Part shown: piece after piece, positions 1-8,460 of the stretch
How the letters are laid out: each line of letters begins with the position of its first letter
Numbering within the stretch: position 1 is the stretch's first letter
Source of the DNA: Opitutia bacterium KCR 482
GTDB taxonomy: Bacteria > Verrucomicrobiota > Verrucomicrobiia > Opitutales > Intestinicryptomonadaceae
Reading direction: 5' to 3'
NCBI GenBank assembly: GCA_029269845.2
Contig: CP149973.1
Coordinates: 1,560,001 to 1,592,000, forward strand
Length of the DNA: 32,000 nt
Notes under the pieces: generated by a model
What the model was told of the DNA's origin: nothing
Seen by the model: only the letters and a program-made list of their open reading frames with translations
Databases searched by the model: none
Made by a program: the position numbers and the translations under genes

Positions 1-1134
1 GCAACGGGCACTGTCGAACCCGAAGATCTGGTTGACGTAGCCGCCCGCGTTTCGGGCGAAATCATCGCGTTCGGAAAGGACAAGGACGGCAAGGAGGTCG
101 ATTACGGCTCGGAAATCCGCGAGGGCGACGTCATCGCGCTTATCGACGACCAAATCCAGCAGTCGAACTACCTCAGCGCGAACGCGAAGCTCGAAGCCGC
201 AAAGGCGGCGCAGACGCAGGCGAACGCAAACCTCGTCGTGGCGCAAACCAACCTGCGTCAGGCTGAGCGCGACTGGAAACGCGCCGAGCGTCTGGGAGCG
301 TCGGAAGCGCTCTCGCAGGCGTCGTACGACTCCTACCTTGCCGCGTGGGAAAAGGCGACCGCCGAAATCGACGTGGCAAAGGCAAAAATTTTGCAGGCAA
401 ACGCGGACGTCGTGCAGGCTGAGGCGAACATGAAAGAGGCAAAGCGCAACCTCGAATACTGCGTCATCAAAGCTCCCGTCAACGGCGTCGTCATCGACCG
501 CAAGGTGAACGTGGGGCAGACGGTTGTTTCGAACATGAGCGCAAGCAGCCTGTTTTCCATCGCAAAAGACCTGCGCCGCATGGAGGTCTGGGCTTCGGTG
601 AACGAAGCGGACATCGGCGGAATCCACAAGGGACAGCCCGTGTCGTTTACGGTTGACGCGTTCCCGTCGGAAAAATTCGCGGGCACAGTCGGGAAAATCC
701 GCCTTAACGCCACGATGTCGCAAAACGTGGTGACGTACGTCGTGGAGGTTCTCACGGACAACTCCGACCTCAAACTTTTGCCCTATCTTTCGGCGAATCT
801 GAGCTTCGAAACCGCCCGCAAAAACGGCGCGCTCGCCGTGCCGAACGCGGCTCTGCGCTTCTCGCCCGACGCAAAATACATAGCCGACGGCGAAGCCGCG
901 CCCGAAAACTCGCGCTGCGTGTGGGTGCTTGCGGGCGAAAACAAAGTGCGCCCCGTGAAAGTCAAAACCCTTATCAACGATGGCGCGTGGACTGCGGTCG
1001 AAGCGTCGGAAATCAAGGCGGGCGACGTCCTCATAACGGGCGTCGAAACAGCCGCCGCAAAGTCCGCGGTGAGCACGCCGTTCATGCCGAAAATGCCGCA
1101 ACGCAAAAAGGGCAACGCGCCCGCAAAAAAATGA
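1..1134 (+). CDS. Efflux transporter periplasmic adaptor subunit (membrane-fusion protein, HlyD/MacA family); 5' end lies outside the window
   Basis: Frame 1 is open from nt 1, with no stop before the track's GTG at 238. The translation starts ATGTVEPEDLVDVAARVSGEIIAFG...GDVIALIDD. A long Ala/Gln/Asn-rich coiled-coil hairpin follows (AKLEAAKAAQTQANANLVVAQTNLRQAERD...), then CVIKAPVNGVVIDRKVNVGQTV, which is typical of MFP beta-barrel domains. Its stop overlaps the next start (ATGA at 1131-1134). Confidence 0.85.
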   Translation, partial: ATGTVEPEDLVDVAARVSGEIIAFGKDKDGKEVDYGSEIREGDVIALIDDQIQQSNYLSANAKLEAAKAAQTQANANLVVAQTNLRQAERDWKRAERLGASEALSQASYDSYLAAWEKATAEIDVAKAKILQANADVVQAEANMKEAKRNLEYCVIKAPVNGVVIDRKVNVGQTVVSNMSASSLFSIAKDLRRMEVWASVNEADIGGIHKGQPVSFTVDAFPSEKFAGTVGKIRLNATMSQNVVTYVVEVLTDNSDLKLLPYLSANLSFETARKNGALAVPNAALRFSPDAKYIADGEAAPENSRCVWVLAGENKVRPVKVKTLINDGAWTAVEASEIKAGDVLITGVETAAAKSAVSTPFMPKMPQRKKGNAPAKK

Positions 1135-1826
1135 GCCTGATTTCGCTTAAAAACATTCAAAAAACCTACTTCATGGGCGACATCTCGCTGCCCGTCTTGA
1201 AGGGCATTACCCTGAATGTGGAGCGCGGCGAAATGGTCGCGCTCACGGGGGTTTCGGGTTCGGGCAAAAGCACGCTGATGAACATTCTGGGCTGTCTCGA
1301 CAGACCCACGGGCGGCGAGTACTGGCTCGACGGCAGGGAGATTTCCAAGCTCGACAACGACGGACGCGCGGACGTCAGAAACAAGAAAATCGGCTTCGTC
1401 TTCCAGAATTTCAACCTGCTCGCAAGGACGACCGCCCTCGAAAACGTCATAATGCCGCTCGGCTACACCGCGGCGCATTTGTCGGAAAAGAAGATGCTCG
1501 AAATGGGCAAGGCAATGCTCGAACGCGTCGGGCTTGCCGACCGCATGGATCACGAGCCGTCGCGGCTTTCGGGCGGACAGCAGCAGCGCGTGGCAATCGC
1601 CCGCGCGCTCGTCAACAAGCCGCAAATCGTCTTCGCCGACGAGCCGACGGGCAACCTCGACACGAAAATGAGCGAAGAAATCCTGCGGATTTTCAACGAA
1701 ATCAACGAAAAGGACGGCGTGACAATCGTTCTTGTAACCCACGAAATGGACGTCGCGCAAAGCGCGAAACGCATTATCAAACTCAAAGACGGGGAAATTT
1801 CCTCCGACACCGTATTGCGAAAATGA
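1131..1826 (+). CDS. ABC transporter ATP-binding protein (MacB/LolD-type ATPase)
   Basis: The ATG at 1131 gives MSLISLKNIQKTYF.... It has Walker A GVSGSGKST, ABC signature LSGGQQQR, Walker B IVFADEPTGNLD and an H-loop VTHE. The start is coupled to the upstream adaptor by ATGA and the stop overlaps the next start (ATGA at 1823). Confidence 0.93.
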   Translation: MSLISLKNIQKTYFMGDISLPVLKGITLNVERGEMVALTGVSGSGKSTLMNILGCLDRPTGGEYWLDGREISKLDNDGRADVRNKKIGFVFQNFNLLARTTALENVIMPLGYTAAHLSEKKMLEMGKAMLERVGLADRMDHEPSRLSGGQQQRVAIARALVNKPQIVFADEPTGNLDTKMSEEILRIFNEINEKDGVTIVLVTHEMDVAQSAKRIIKLKDGEISSDTVLRK

Positions 1827-3175
1827 GAAGACTGCGCGTATTGAAATGGGCGTTGAAGGCAATCTGCCGCAACCCCACCCGGACTTTCCTGACGACGCTC
1901 GGCATTGTCATCGGCATTGCCGCGGTTATCGCGCTGATGGAAATAGGCAACGGCGCGCGCGAGACGCTGGCGAAAAACATCGCCAACATGGGCGTGAACA
2001 CAATCCGCGTCTGGCCCGGGACTATCACAAGAAGCGGCGTAAGCTCGGGGTCGAGCGGCAGGGCGAACATCACGCTCACCGACGTCGCCGCAATCAAAAA
2101 GGGCTGTCCGTCGGTCGTGTCTGTTTCGCCCGTGGTGAACGTGCGCGGGCAGATTATCTACGGCGGAAAAAATTGGAGCCCGTTCAGCATTATAGGCGTC
2201 AACGCCGACTACCTGAAAATCGCGAACTGGTACATAGAGGACGGCGAGCCGATAGACCCCGTGCACGTCGCGCGCGGCTCGAAGGTCTGCCTCGTGGGTT
2301 CTACGATTGTTCGCGAGCTTTTCGGCGGCGAAAATCCCGTCGGCAAGGATTTGCGCATTCAGAATGTCGTCTTCAAAATCATCGGCGTGCTCAAAACGAA
2401 GGGCGCAAACATGATGGGCTTCGACCAGGACGACACGGTAATCGCGCCGTGGACTACCGTGAAAATGCGCCTGCGCGGCGCGGGAAGCACTTCGCTTAGC
2501 TCGACTTCGACGACAAGCTCGACAAGCAGCGCGTCGAGCACGTCCGACTTCTACGTCGGAAGCCTCGACCTCTACCCGTCGTCGTCAAGCTCGAACCGCC
2601 CGCCCGTGCGCTTCGCAAACGTGGACTCTCTTATTCTCTCCGCGCCGAGTCAGGCGGAAGTGCCCCGTGCGGTGGAGGAAATCACCGCCGTCATGCGCGA
2701 AACCCACAGGCTTGCGCCCGAAAACGACGACGATTTCAGAATCCGCACCATGGCGGAATTCTCCGAATTTTTCACGTCGCAGACCGAGACTATTACGAAT
2801 TTGCTCCTGTGCGTGGCGTTCGTTTCGCTGCTTGTAGGCGGCATAGGAATCATGAACATAATGCTCGTTTCTGTAACGGAGCGCACGCGCGAAATCGGGC
2901 TGCGCATGGCGGTCGGCGCGCGGGGCGGCGACATTCTCAAACAGTTTTTGGTGGAATCAATCGTGATTTGCATGCTCGGCGGGCTGTTGGGAATCGCGCT
3001 CGGGCACGGGCTGTCGGTTGCGATGTCGGTTCTTATGCACTGGCCGTCGTCTGTTTCGTACGGCGCGATAGTTTTGGCGGTGGGCGTTTCGGCTCTCGTG
3101 GGCGTGGTTTTCGGATACTACCCCGCGTGGAAGGCGGCGCGGCTCGACCCAATTGAGGCTCTTAGATATGAATAG
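1823..3175 (+). CDS. ABC transporter permease, MacB/FtsX family (MacB periplasmic core domain plus FtsX C-terminal TM bundle)
   Basis: 450 aa. There is an N-terminal TM (TFLTTLGIVIGIAAVIALMEI), a large periplasmic domain and a C-terminal FtsX-like region (LLVGGIGIMNIMLVSVTERTREIGLRMAVGA...YPAWKAARLDPIEALRYE). It carries an unusual Ser/Thr-rich insert (see findings). Confidence 0.9.
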   Translation: MRRLRVLKWALKAICRNPTRTFLTTLGIVIGIAAVIALMEIGNGARETLAKNIANMGVNTIRVWPGTITRSGVSSGSSGRANITLTDVAAIKKGCPSVVSVSPVVNVRGQIIYGGKNWSPFSIIGVNADYLKIANWYIEDGEPIDPVHVARGSKVCLVGSTIVRELFGGENPVGKDLRIQNVVFKIIGVLKTKGANMMGFDQDDTVIAPWTTVKMRLRGAGSTSLSSTSTTSSTSSASSTSDFYVGSLDLYPSSSSSNRPPVRFANVDSLILSAPSQAEVPRAVEEITAVMRETHRLAPENDDDFRIRTMAEFSEFFTSQTETITNLLLCVAFVSLLVGGIGIMNIMLVSVTERTREIGLRMAVGARGGDILKQFLVESIVICMLGGLLGIALGHGLSVAMSVLMHWPSSVSYGAIVLAVGVSALVGVVFGYYPAWKAARLDPIEALRYE

Positions 3176-4655
3176 AATTTGTCAGAAAATAATAACGGCT
3201 TTCGCGTGCGCCGCGCTGTGCGGCTGCATGGTCGGCCCCGACTTCGAAAAACCGAAAGCCGACGCGCTTCCCGAAAAATATTCGTCCGACGGCAAAAGCG
3301 TGGCGAACCCGCGCGAGCCGTCCGACGCCGAGCTTGCCGAATGGTGGGGCGTCTTCGGCGACGAAACGCTGTCGTCGCTTGTGCGCCGCGCGTTCGAAAA
3401 GAATTTCGATTTGGCTACGGCGGTCGCGAAAATCAAGCAGGCTCGCGCAACGCTCGGCATTACGCAAAGCGGCTTTTTCCCGTCGCTCGACGCCGACGCG
3501 GGCTTCAAGCAGGCGGGGAAGATTTCGGCGTCGAACCACTCGTTTTCGTGGGGCGCGGACGCGGCGTGGGAGGTCGATATTTTCGGCGGCACGCGTCGCG
3601 GCATAGAGGCGGCGGTGTCCGACTACAAGGCGGCTCTCGCCGACAAGTGCGCGACGAAGATTTCGGTCGCGGCGGAGGTCGCAAAAAATTATTTTCTGTA
3701 CAGAGGCTATCAACAGGAGCTGATTATTACCAAGCGGAATCTCGAAGCCCAGCGCAAAACATACAACATAACCGTGAAACGCAAGTCCAACGGTTTTGTA
3801 TCCGATTTGGACGTCGTGCGCGCCGCCGCGCAGCTCGACAGCACGTCCGCGCAGATTCCGCAGCTCGAAAGCAAAATGCTGCTCGCCCGCCACGCGCTCG
3901 AACTGCTTTTGGCTCTTCCCGCAGGCTCGCTCGAAAAGGAGCTTGAAGCCCCGCGCGTGCTTCCGATTTTGGAAAGCTTTGTGCCGACGGGCGTTCCCGC
4001 AAAGCTCGTGCGCCGCCGCCCCGACATTCTTTCGGCGGAAAACAAACTGCACGCGGCGGTCGCAAAAATCGGCAACGCAAAGTCGGACTTCTACCCCAAA
4101 TTTTTCATAACGGGGCAGATTTCCTATCAGGCGCCCGACATCGGAAAGCTCGTGCAAAACCAGTACGGCACATGGTCGGCTGGGCCGAGCGCAAGCTGGA
4201 ATCTCTTTCAGGCGGGCAAGACGTATTTCAACGTGAAACTCCAAAAGGCGGTCGCGGAGGCTGCGGGCGTTTCGTGGAATTCGGCGGTGCTTGCGGCGTT
4301 GAAGGAGGTTGAGGACGCAATCGTTTCGGCGCAGAAGGAGCGCGAGAGAATCGCCCACATAAACAAGCTTGTTGAGAGCAACAAAAAGGCGTTCGAGCTG
4401 TCGTCCAAACTCTATTCGGAGGGCGAAATCGAATTCCTCGATTTGCTCGACACACAGCGTTCCATGCTCTCTTCGGAGCAGAGCCAAGTTTCGAGCAGGC
4501 GGCAGTTCGTCTCGAACATAGTTTCGCTTTACGCCGCGCTCGGCGGCGGTTGGAGCGAGTCCGACTTGCAGGACACGGAGGAGGACTCCCAGTGGCTCTT
4601 CTTTAAGGAGGCTTTCGGCGACGGCGAAACTGCCGATTCCGCAAACACGCAATAG
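3168..4655 (+). CDS. Efflux outer-membrane lipoprotein, NodT/OprM (TolC-like) family
   Basis: I prefer the start at ATG 3168 (MNRICQKIITAFACAALCGC), which gives a signal peptide with an LCGC lipobox followed by MVGPDFEKP, the NodT hallmark. The protein has two OEP repeats and the C-terminal LYAALGGGW motif, followed by an acidic ~33-aa tail. An in-frame alternative start lies at 3153. Confidence 0.88.
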   Translation: MNRICQKIITAFACAALCGCMVGPDFEKPKADALPEKYSSDGKSVANPREPSDAELAEWWGVFGDETLSSLVRRAFEKNFDLATAVAKIKQARATLGITQSGFFPSLDADAGFKQAGKISASNHSFSWGADAAWEVDIFGGTRRGIEAAVSDYKAALADKCATKISVAAEVAKNYFLYRGYQQELIITKRNLEAQRKTYNITVKRKSNGFVSDLDVVRAAAQLDSTSAQIPQLESKMLLARHALELLLALPAGSLEKELEAPRVLPILESFVPTGVPAKLVRRRPDILSAENKLHAAVAKIGNAKSDFYPKFFITGQISYQAPDIGKLVQNQYGTWSAGPSASWNLFQAGKTYFNVKLQKAVAEAAGVSWNSAVLAALKEVEDAIVSAQKERERIAHINKLVESNKKAFELSSKLYSEGEIEFLDLLDTQRSMLSSEQSQVSSRRQFVSNIVSLYAALGGGWSESDLQDTEEDSQWLFFKEAFGDGETADSANTQ

Positions 4656-4727
4656 AAGCCTGCCGCGCGGACTCTCTCTTTCGGATTCGCCCTTTCTTCC
4701 GCATCGCAAAGTTTGAATTTTAGGCAC

Positions 4728-4760
4728 CGCCCGCCGATTTTTTCTCGGCGGGCGTTTTTG
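4728..4760 (+). terminator. Rho-independent terminator of the efflux operon
   Basis: A perfect 10-bp stem, CGCCCGCCGA (4728-4737) with TCGGCGGGCG (4745-4754), encloses a T-rich loop and is followed by TTTTT. Confidence 0.75.
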
Positions 4761-5063
4761 CTTTTTAGGCGTCTTTCCCGAAATGGGCGGCGAATGTTTT
4801 GCGGTTAAACGCAGGCGTTTTAGCTTTCCTAAAATTCCGTTTTCCGCGCGAAATTCAAAGCGCGGGTTTTTGCCCGCGTCCGCATTTTTGTCCCGACGTG
4901 CCCGCGCGTCGCCTCTGGTTTTGCACGCGCCCGTCTTGAACCGCGCGGGCGGCGGTTTGCGGGGGTTCGGCAAGCCGTAAAAATGAGGCAAGGGGGGGGC
5001 GTCGGCTTTCCCGCTTTGCCCAATCACAAAAAAACCGACCGCTTGTTGCGTTCGGCATGAAAA

Positions 5064-5134
5064 AGGCGTGGATCGGAATCGAACCGATGATGAAGCTTTT
5101 GCAGAGCCTTGCCTTACCACTTGGCTACCACGCC
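5064..5134 (-). tRNA. tRNA-Cys: tRNA-Cys (anticodon GCA)
   Basis: The reverse complement reads GGCGTGGTAGCCAAGTGGTAAGGCAAGGCTCTGCAAAAGCTTCATCATCGGTTCGATTCCGATCCACGCCT. This folds with a 7-bp acceptor stem (GGCGTGG/CCACGCC), a D arm GCC-AAGTGGTAA-GGC and an anticodon stem AGGCT/AGCTT with loop CTGCAAA (GCA). The T arm is ATCGG-TTCGATT-CCGAT. CCA is not encoded. Confidence 0.93.
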
Positions 5135-5153
5135 GAATAAATTAAAGTTTTGC

Positions 5154-5182
5154 ATTTAAGCGCACGCGCGCGCCCAATGCAA
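5154..5182 (-). promoter_or_regulatory. Candidate sigma70-type promoter for tRNA-Cys
   Basis: The minus strand reads TTGCAT (5182-5177), a 17-nt spacer, then TTAAAT (5159-5154), about 20 nt upstream of the mature tRNA 5' end. Confidence 0.4.
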
Positions 5183-5190
5183 GCCTTTTT

Positions 5191-5655
5191 TTATTTGAGT
5201 GGGATTTTCAGCAGGATTTTTTTCACCGCGTGCTGTTTGCCTGTGTGCAGGCTTGGCTTGTGGGCGTCGTCGGGGAAAAACACCGCAAATTCGCCCGCCT
5301 TCAAGACCGACGCCTCCGCCGATTCCGACTTCTCGAAATCCGCGCTGTCGTAAAATTCAACGTCCTTTTCGGCGTTGTAGGGCTCGGTGATTTTGAAGAT
5401 TTTTTTGTCGGCGAAAAAGAATTTTTCCTCGCCCTCGGCGACGTACTGAATGTCGATGTATTTTTCGTGCGCCTCCATGCGCTTTTCCGCCGCCGCGCGG
5501 GTTGTGTACGACTGCACCATGCGCTTTATGCCGTCGAATTCCGTCGCGCCGTCGGGTTGGTCGGCGGGCGTGTCGAGAATGATTTTGAAGGCTCTTTTGA
5601 ATTCGGGGTGGGCGTTTTCGTAGAGCGACAGATTGCGGATATTGTCTTTTATCAT
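5191..5655 (-). CDS. YhcH/YjgK/YiaL family protein (DUF386, EbgC-like cupin)
   Basis: 154 aa, starting MIKDNIRNLSLYENAHPEFKRAF. It continues ...YIDIQYVAEGEE...AGEFAVFFPDDAHKP, the pattern typical of this family. It starts 1 nt after the prmC stop, so it looks co-transcribed. Confidence 0.75.
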   Translation of the reverse strand: MIKDNIRNLSLYENAHPEFKRAFKIILDTPADQPDGATEFDGIKRMVQSYTTRAAAEKRMEAHEKYIDIQYVAEGEEKFFFADKKIFKITEPYNAEKDVEFYDSADFEKSESAEASVLKAGEFAVFFPDDAHKPSLHTGKQHAVKKILLKIPLK

Positions 5656-5656
5656 G

Positions 5657-6502
5657 TTATTTTTTGCAGATTAAAAATCTTTCGCGCTTTGAGAGGTCGG
5701 GGAGGGCGCGGGCTTCCGAAAAGCCGAATTTTTCGACGGCCTCCCGCGCGAGGATTTGCGGCTGCCCAAGCCCGCATTCGCACGCGATGAATCCGCCGTC
5801 GAGCAGGTGCTCCCGCGCTTCGGATAGGATTTTCCTCAGGTCGCGTAGTCCGCCGTCGGGCGACGACAGCGCGGAGGGGGGGTCGTAGTTCCGCACTTCG
5901 GGCTGGGCTTCGCGCACTTCGGATTCGTCGAGGTAGGGCGGGTTCGCCAAAATCAGATTGTATGATTTTTTGATGTTTTCGAACCAGTCCGATTTTACGA
6001 TGTTTATTTTTAGTTTGAGCGATTCCGCGTTTTCGGCCGCGAGCGAAATTGCGGCGTCGGAAATTTCCGCCGCGTCGACCGACGCGTTCGGACACGCAGA
6101 CGCCATCGCCAGCGCGATTGCGCCCGACCCCGTGCCGAGGTCGAGAATTTCGGGCTTAGCGGAGGCGTCGGGGAGGAGTTTTTCGACCGCGATTTCGCAG
6201 AGCGTTTCGGTTTCGTGGCGCGGCACAAGGGCGCGGGCGTCGCATTTAAGCGTCAGCCCGAAGAAGTCTACCGAGCCTATTATGTGTTGCAGCGGCTCGC
6301 GCCTTGCGCGGCGTTTCGCCATTTCGCGGAAGGGCGCAAGCTTGGCTTCGGGGAGCGGCTCTTCGAAGCGCAGAAACAGTTCGAGCCTCTTGCAGCCGAG
6401 CGCGTGCGCAAGGAGCAGTTCGGCGTCGAGCTTGGGCGTCTCGATACCCTTTGCGGCGAAGTATCCCGCGCATTTTTGCAGAATTTCGAGAACGCTTTGC
6501 AC
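5657..6502 (-). CDS. prmC: Peptide chain release factor N(5)-glutamine methyltransferase
   Basis: 281 aa. It has the SAM-binding motif ILDLGTGSGAIAL and the catalytic NPPY motif (ILANPPYL). It lies immediately downstream of prfA, the conserved prfA-prmC synteny. Confidence 0.92.
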   Translation of the reverse strand: MQSVLEILQKCAGYFAAKGIETPKLDAELLLAHALGCKRLELFLRFEEPLPEAKLAPFREMAKRRARREPLQHIIGSVDFFGLTLKCDARALVPRHETETLCEIAVEKLLPDASAKPEILDLGTGSGAIALAMASACPNASVDAAEISDAAISLAAENAESLKLKINIVKSDWFENIKKSYNLILANPPYLDESEVREAQPEVRNYDPPSALSSPDGGLRDLRKILSEAREHLLDGGFIACECGLGQPQILAREAVEKFGFSEARALPDLSKRERFLICKK

Positions 6503-6505
6503 GTC

Positions 6506-7585
6506 TTATTTTTCCGTCAGAGCCTTGACTTTTTGGACGTAGTCCGCCTCTTCAAGGGCGCGGATCATTTCGTCGATGTCGCCGTCCATGAACTGCGGCA
6601 GCGAGTGGATTGTCATGCCGATTCGGTGGTCGGTAATGCGGCTTTGCGGGTAGTTGTATGTTCTGATTCGCTCAGAGCGGTCGCCCGAGCCGATTTGTTC
6701 GCGGCGGTTTGCGGCGTATTTGTCGTGCTCTTCCTGCTGTTTCATTTCGAGCAGGCGCGAGCGCAGAACTTTGAGTGCCTTTGTCTTGTTTTTGAGCTGC
6801 GAGCGTTCGTCGGCGCATTTGACAATCATGCCCGTGGGCTTGTGGAGAATTTGAACGGCAGAGTCTGTCGTGTTGACGCCCTGCCCTCCGGGGCCGCTTG
6901 CGCGCGCGATTGAAATTTCGATGTCGTTGGGGTCTATGTGAATGTCGACCTCCTCGGCTTCCGGGAGAACCGCGACCGTCGCCGCCGACGTGTGGATTCT
7001 GCCGGCCGCCTCCGTCACGGGCACGCGCTGCACGCGGTGCGTTCCGCATTCGTATTTCATCGAGCGGTAGACGTCCGTTCCCGAAAGCAGGAAGCAGATT
7101 TCCTTGAAGCCGCCCGCGGGCGATTCGCTGGAGCTTAGGTTTTCAACCTTCCAGCCGCGCGAGTCGGCATAGCGGCAGTACATTCTGTAAAGGTCGGCGG
7201 CGAACAGCGACGCCTCGTCTCCGCCCGTGCCCGCGCGGATTTCCACGACAGTATTGCGCGAGTCGGTGGGGTCGGCGGGAATCATCATTTTGAGGATTTC
7301 GTTTTTCGTGGGTTCGAATTTCGCTTCAAGCTCGGCGATGTCCTCCCGCGCAAGCTCGACAAATTCGGGGTCGGCGTTTTCCTCGATGATTTTTTTGTTT
7401 TCCTCTATTTGTTCGCGCTCCTTTTCGAGCTGTTCGTAGAGGTCTTTCAGTTTGGAAAGTTGCTGGTGTTCTCGCGAGACCGCGCTTGCGGCGCGTTGGT
7501 CGTTATAGAAATCCGACTCCGCCATTTTTTTGTCCAAATCGGCGAGCCTGTCGAGAAAAGGTTTGATTGGTGGTATGCCTTCCAT
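6506..7585 (-). CDS. prfA: Peptide chain release factor 1
   Basis: 359 aa. It has the GGQ motif (SGPGGQGVNTTDSAVQILHKPTG) and an RF1-type tripeptide region RVQRVPVTEAAGRIHTSAATVAVLPE (PxT rather than the RF2 SPF). There is no frameshift site. Confidence 0.95.
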   Translation of the reverse strand: MEGIPPIKPFLDRLADLDKKMAESDFYNDQRAASAVSREHQQLSKLKDLYEQLEKEREQIEENKKIIEENADPEFVELAREDIAELEAKFEPTKNEILKMMIPADPTDSRNTVVEIRAGTGGDEASLFAADLYRMYCRYADSRGWKVENLSSSESPAGGFKEICFLLSGTDVYRSMKYECGTHRVQRVPVTEAAGRIHTSAATVAVLPEAEEVDIHIDPNDIEISIARASGPGGQGVNTTDSAVQILHKPTGMIVKCADERSQLKNKTKALKVLRSRLLEMKQQEEHDKYAANRREQIGSGDRSERIRTYNYPQSRITDHRIGMTIHSLPQFMDGDIDEMIRALEEADYVQKVKALTEK

Positions 7586-7591
7586 TGTCCG

Positions 7592-7620
7592 AATCTCTAA
7601 AAAAAAACCTCAACTTGCAA
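7592..7620 (-). promoter_or_regulatory. Candidate leaderless-type promoter of prfA
   Basis: The minus strand reads TTGCAA (7620-7615), a 17-nt spacer, GAGATT (7597-7592), then 6 nt (cggaca) and the ATG (7585-7583). Confidence 0.4.
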
Positions 7621-7661
7621 GAAAATACGCAGACTTCCGCCGCCCGCGTCCCAAAATAAAC

Positions 7662-7691
7662 TTGTAAACGCGCCCCGATTTTTACGATAAT
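7662..7691 (+). promoter_or_regulatory. Candidate leaderless-type promoter of the IMPase-family gene
   Basis: TTGTAA (7662-7667), an 18-nt spacer, GATAAT (7686-7691), then 6 nt (gcccgc) and the ATG at 7698. Confidence 0.45.
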
Positions 7692-7697
7692 GCCCGC

Positions 7698-8459
7698 ATG
7701 GATAAAAAAGATTCCGAACAGTATTACGGCATTGTCCGCGAAGTCGCGCAGGCGGCGGGCGACAGGCTCAAAAAAATTTCCGAACGCCGCGTCAATTCGG
7801 ACGCAGGCAACGACGTAAAACTTCAAGAGGACGTGGAAAGCGAACTGTTTATCCGCGAAAAGCTCGCGGCCACCGGCGTGCGCGTCGTGGGCGAGGAAAA
7901 GGGCGGCGACGCCTCTCTGCTTTCTTCGGGCGAATTGTACTGGGTTGTCGATCCCATCGACGGCACCTACAACTTTTTGCGCGGTATCCCAGGTGTGTGC
8001 GTGAGCATCGGGCTGATGTCGGGACTTACTCCCGTGGTCGGCGCGATTTACGATTTCACCCGCAACGAGCTGTTCTTAGGAGGCAAGGGCTTCCCGCTTA
8101 CGGTAAACGGCGAAAAGGTCTCGCCGAAATGGGCGAAGAGCGTCTCGCAGGGAGTCCTCATGACGGGCTTCCCGAGCGCGACGGACTACTCGGACGACAA
8201 TCTCAAACGCTTCGTCATGGCGGCGCAGAAGTTCAAGAAAGTCAGAATGTGCGGCAGCGCGGCGTGCGCAATGGCGTGGGTGGCGTCGGGACGCGCGGAC
8301 TCGTACCATGAAGAGCGTCTGTATTTGTGGGACGTCGCGGGCGGGCTTTCGCTGATGGAGTCGGTCGGCGCGGCGTACGAAGTCGTTCCGCAGGGCATAC
8401 CCGAAAAGCCTTTCTGCATTTCGATTCGCGCGGCGGCAAACAGGGAATTTTTTATCTAA
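7698..8459 (+). CDS. Inositol monophosphatase family protein (SuhB/CysQ-like)
   Basis: 253 aa. It has the metal-binding motifs VGEEKG and WVVDPIDGTYNF, plus a C-terminal WDVAGG motif. Confidence 0.88.
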   Translation: MDKKDSEQYYGIVREVAQAAGDRLKKISERRVNSDAGNDVKLQEDVESELFIREKLAATGVRVVGEEKGGDASLLSSGELYWVVDPIDGTYNFLRGIPGVCVSIGLMSGLTPVVGAIYDFTRNELFLGGKGFPLTVNGEKVSPKWAKSVSQGVLMTGFPSATDYSDDNLKRFVMAAQKFKKVRMCGSAACAMAWVASGRADSYHEERLYLWDVAGGLSLMESVGAAYEVVPQGIPEKPFCISIRAAANREFFI

Positions 8460-8460
8460 A

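Noticed and set aside
783-1862. Long antisense ORFs opposite real genes: this one plus 8482-9360, 13371-14282, 16405-17127, 18190-19251 and 20893-21588.
   Set aside because: Each lies opposite a CDS with clear family motifs. They show GC-driven stop-codon depletion and Arg/Val/Ala-rich low-information sequence.
2486-2593. The Ser/Thr tract in the permease, considered as a DNA tandem repeat or VNTR.
   Set aside because: Codons are heterogeneous and no repeating nucleotide unit is visible, so it is protein-level low complexity rather than a DNA repeat.
4783-4980. A 65-aa plus-strand ORF in the spacer, considered as a small protein gene.
   Set aside because: It has an Arg/Pro/Gly-rich composition and no start-site signals. 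It also reads through the terminator-like hairpin at 4844-4871.
3162-5120. A 652-aa minus-strand ORF spanning the outer-membrane efflux gene and the downstream spacer.
   Set aside because: It is antisense to a well-supported NodT-family CDS. Its Arg/Ala/Pro-rich composition is typical of shadow ORFs in high-GC DNA. It also runs through a terminator and into the tRNA gene.
5064-5134. tRNA-Cys as an integration site, with the efflux operon as a tRNA-flanked island.
   Set aside because: I saw no second copy of the tRNA 3' segment (GGATCGGAATCGAACC or its complement) elsewhere in the window. There is no integrase, and the efflux genes have core-like GC.
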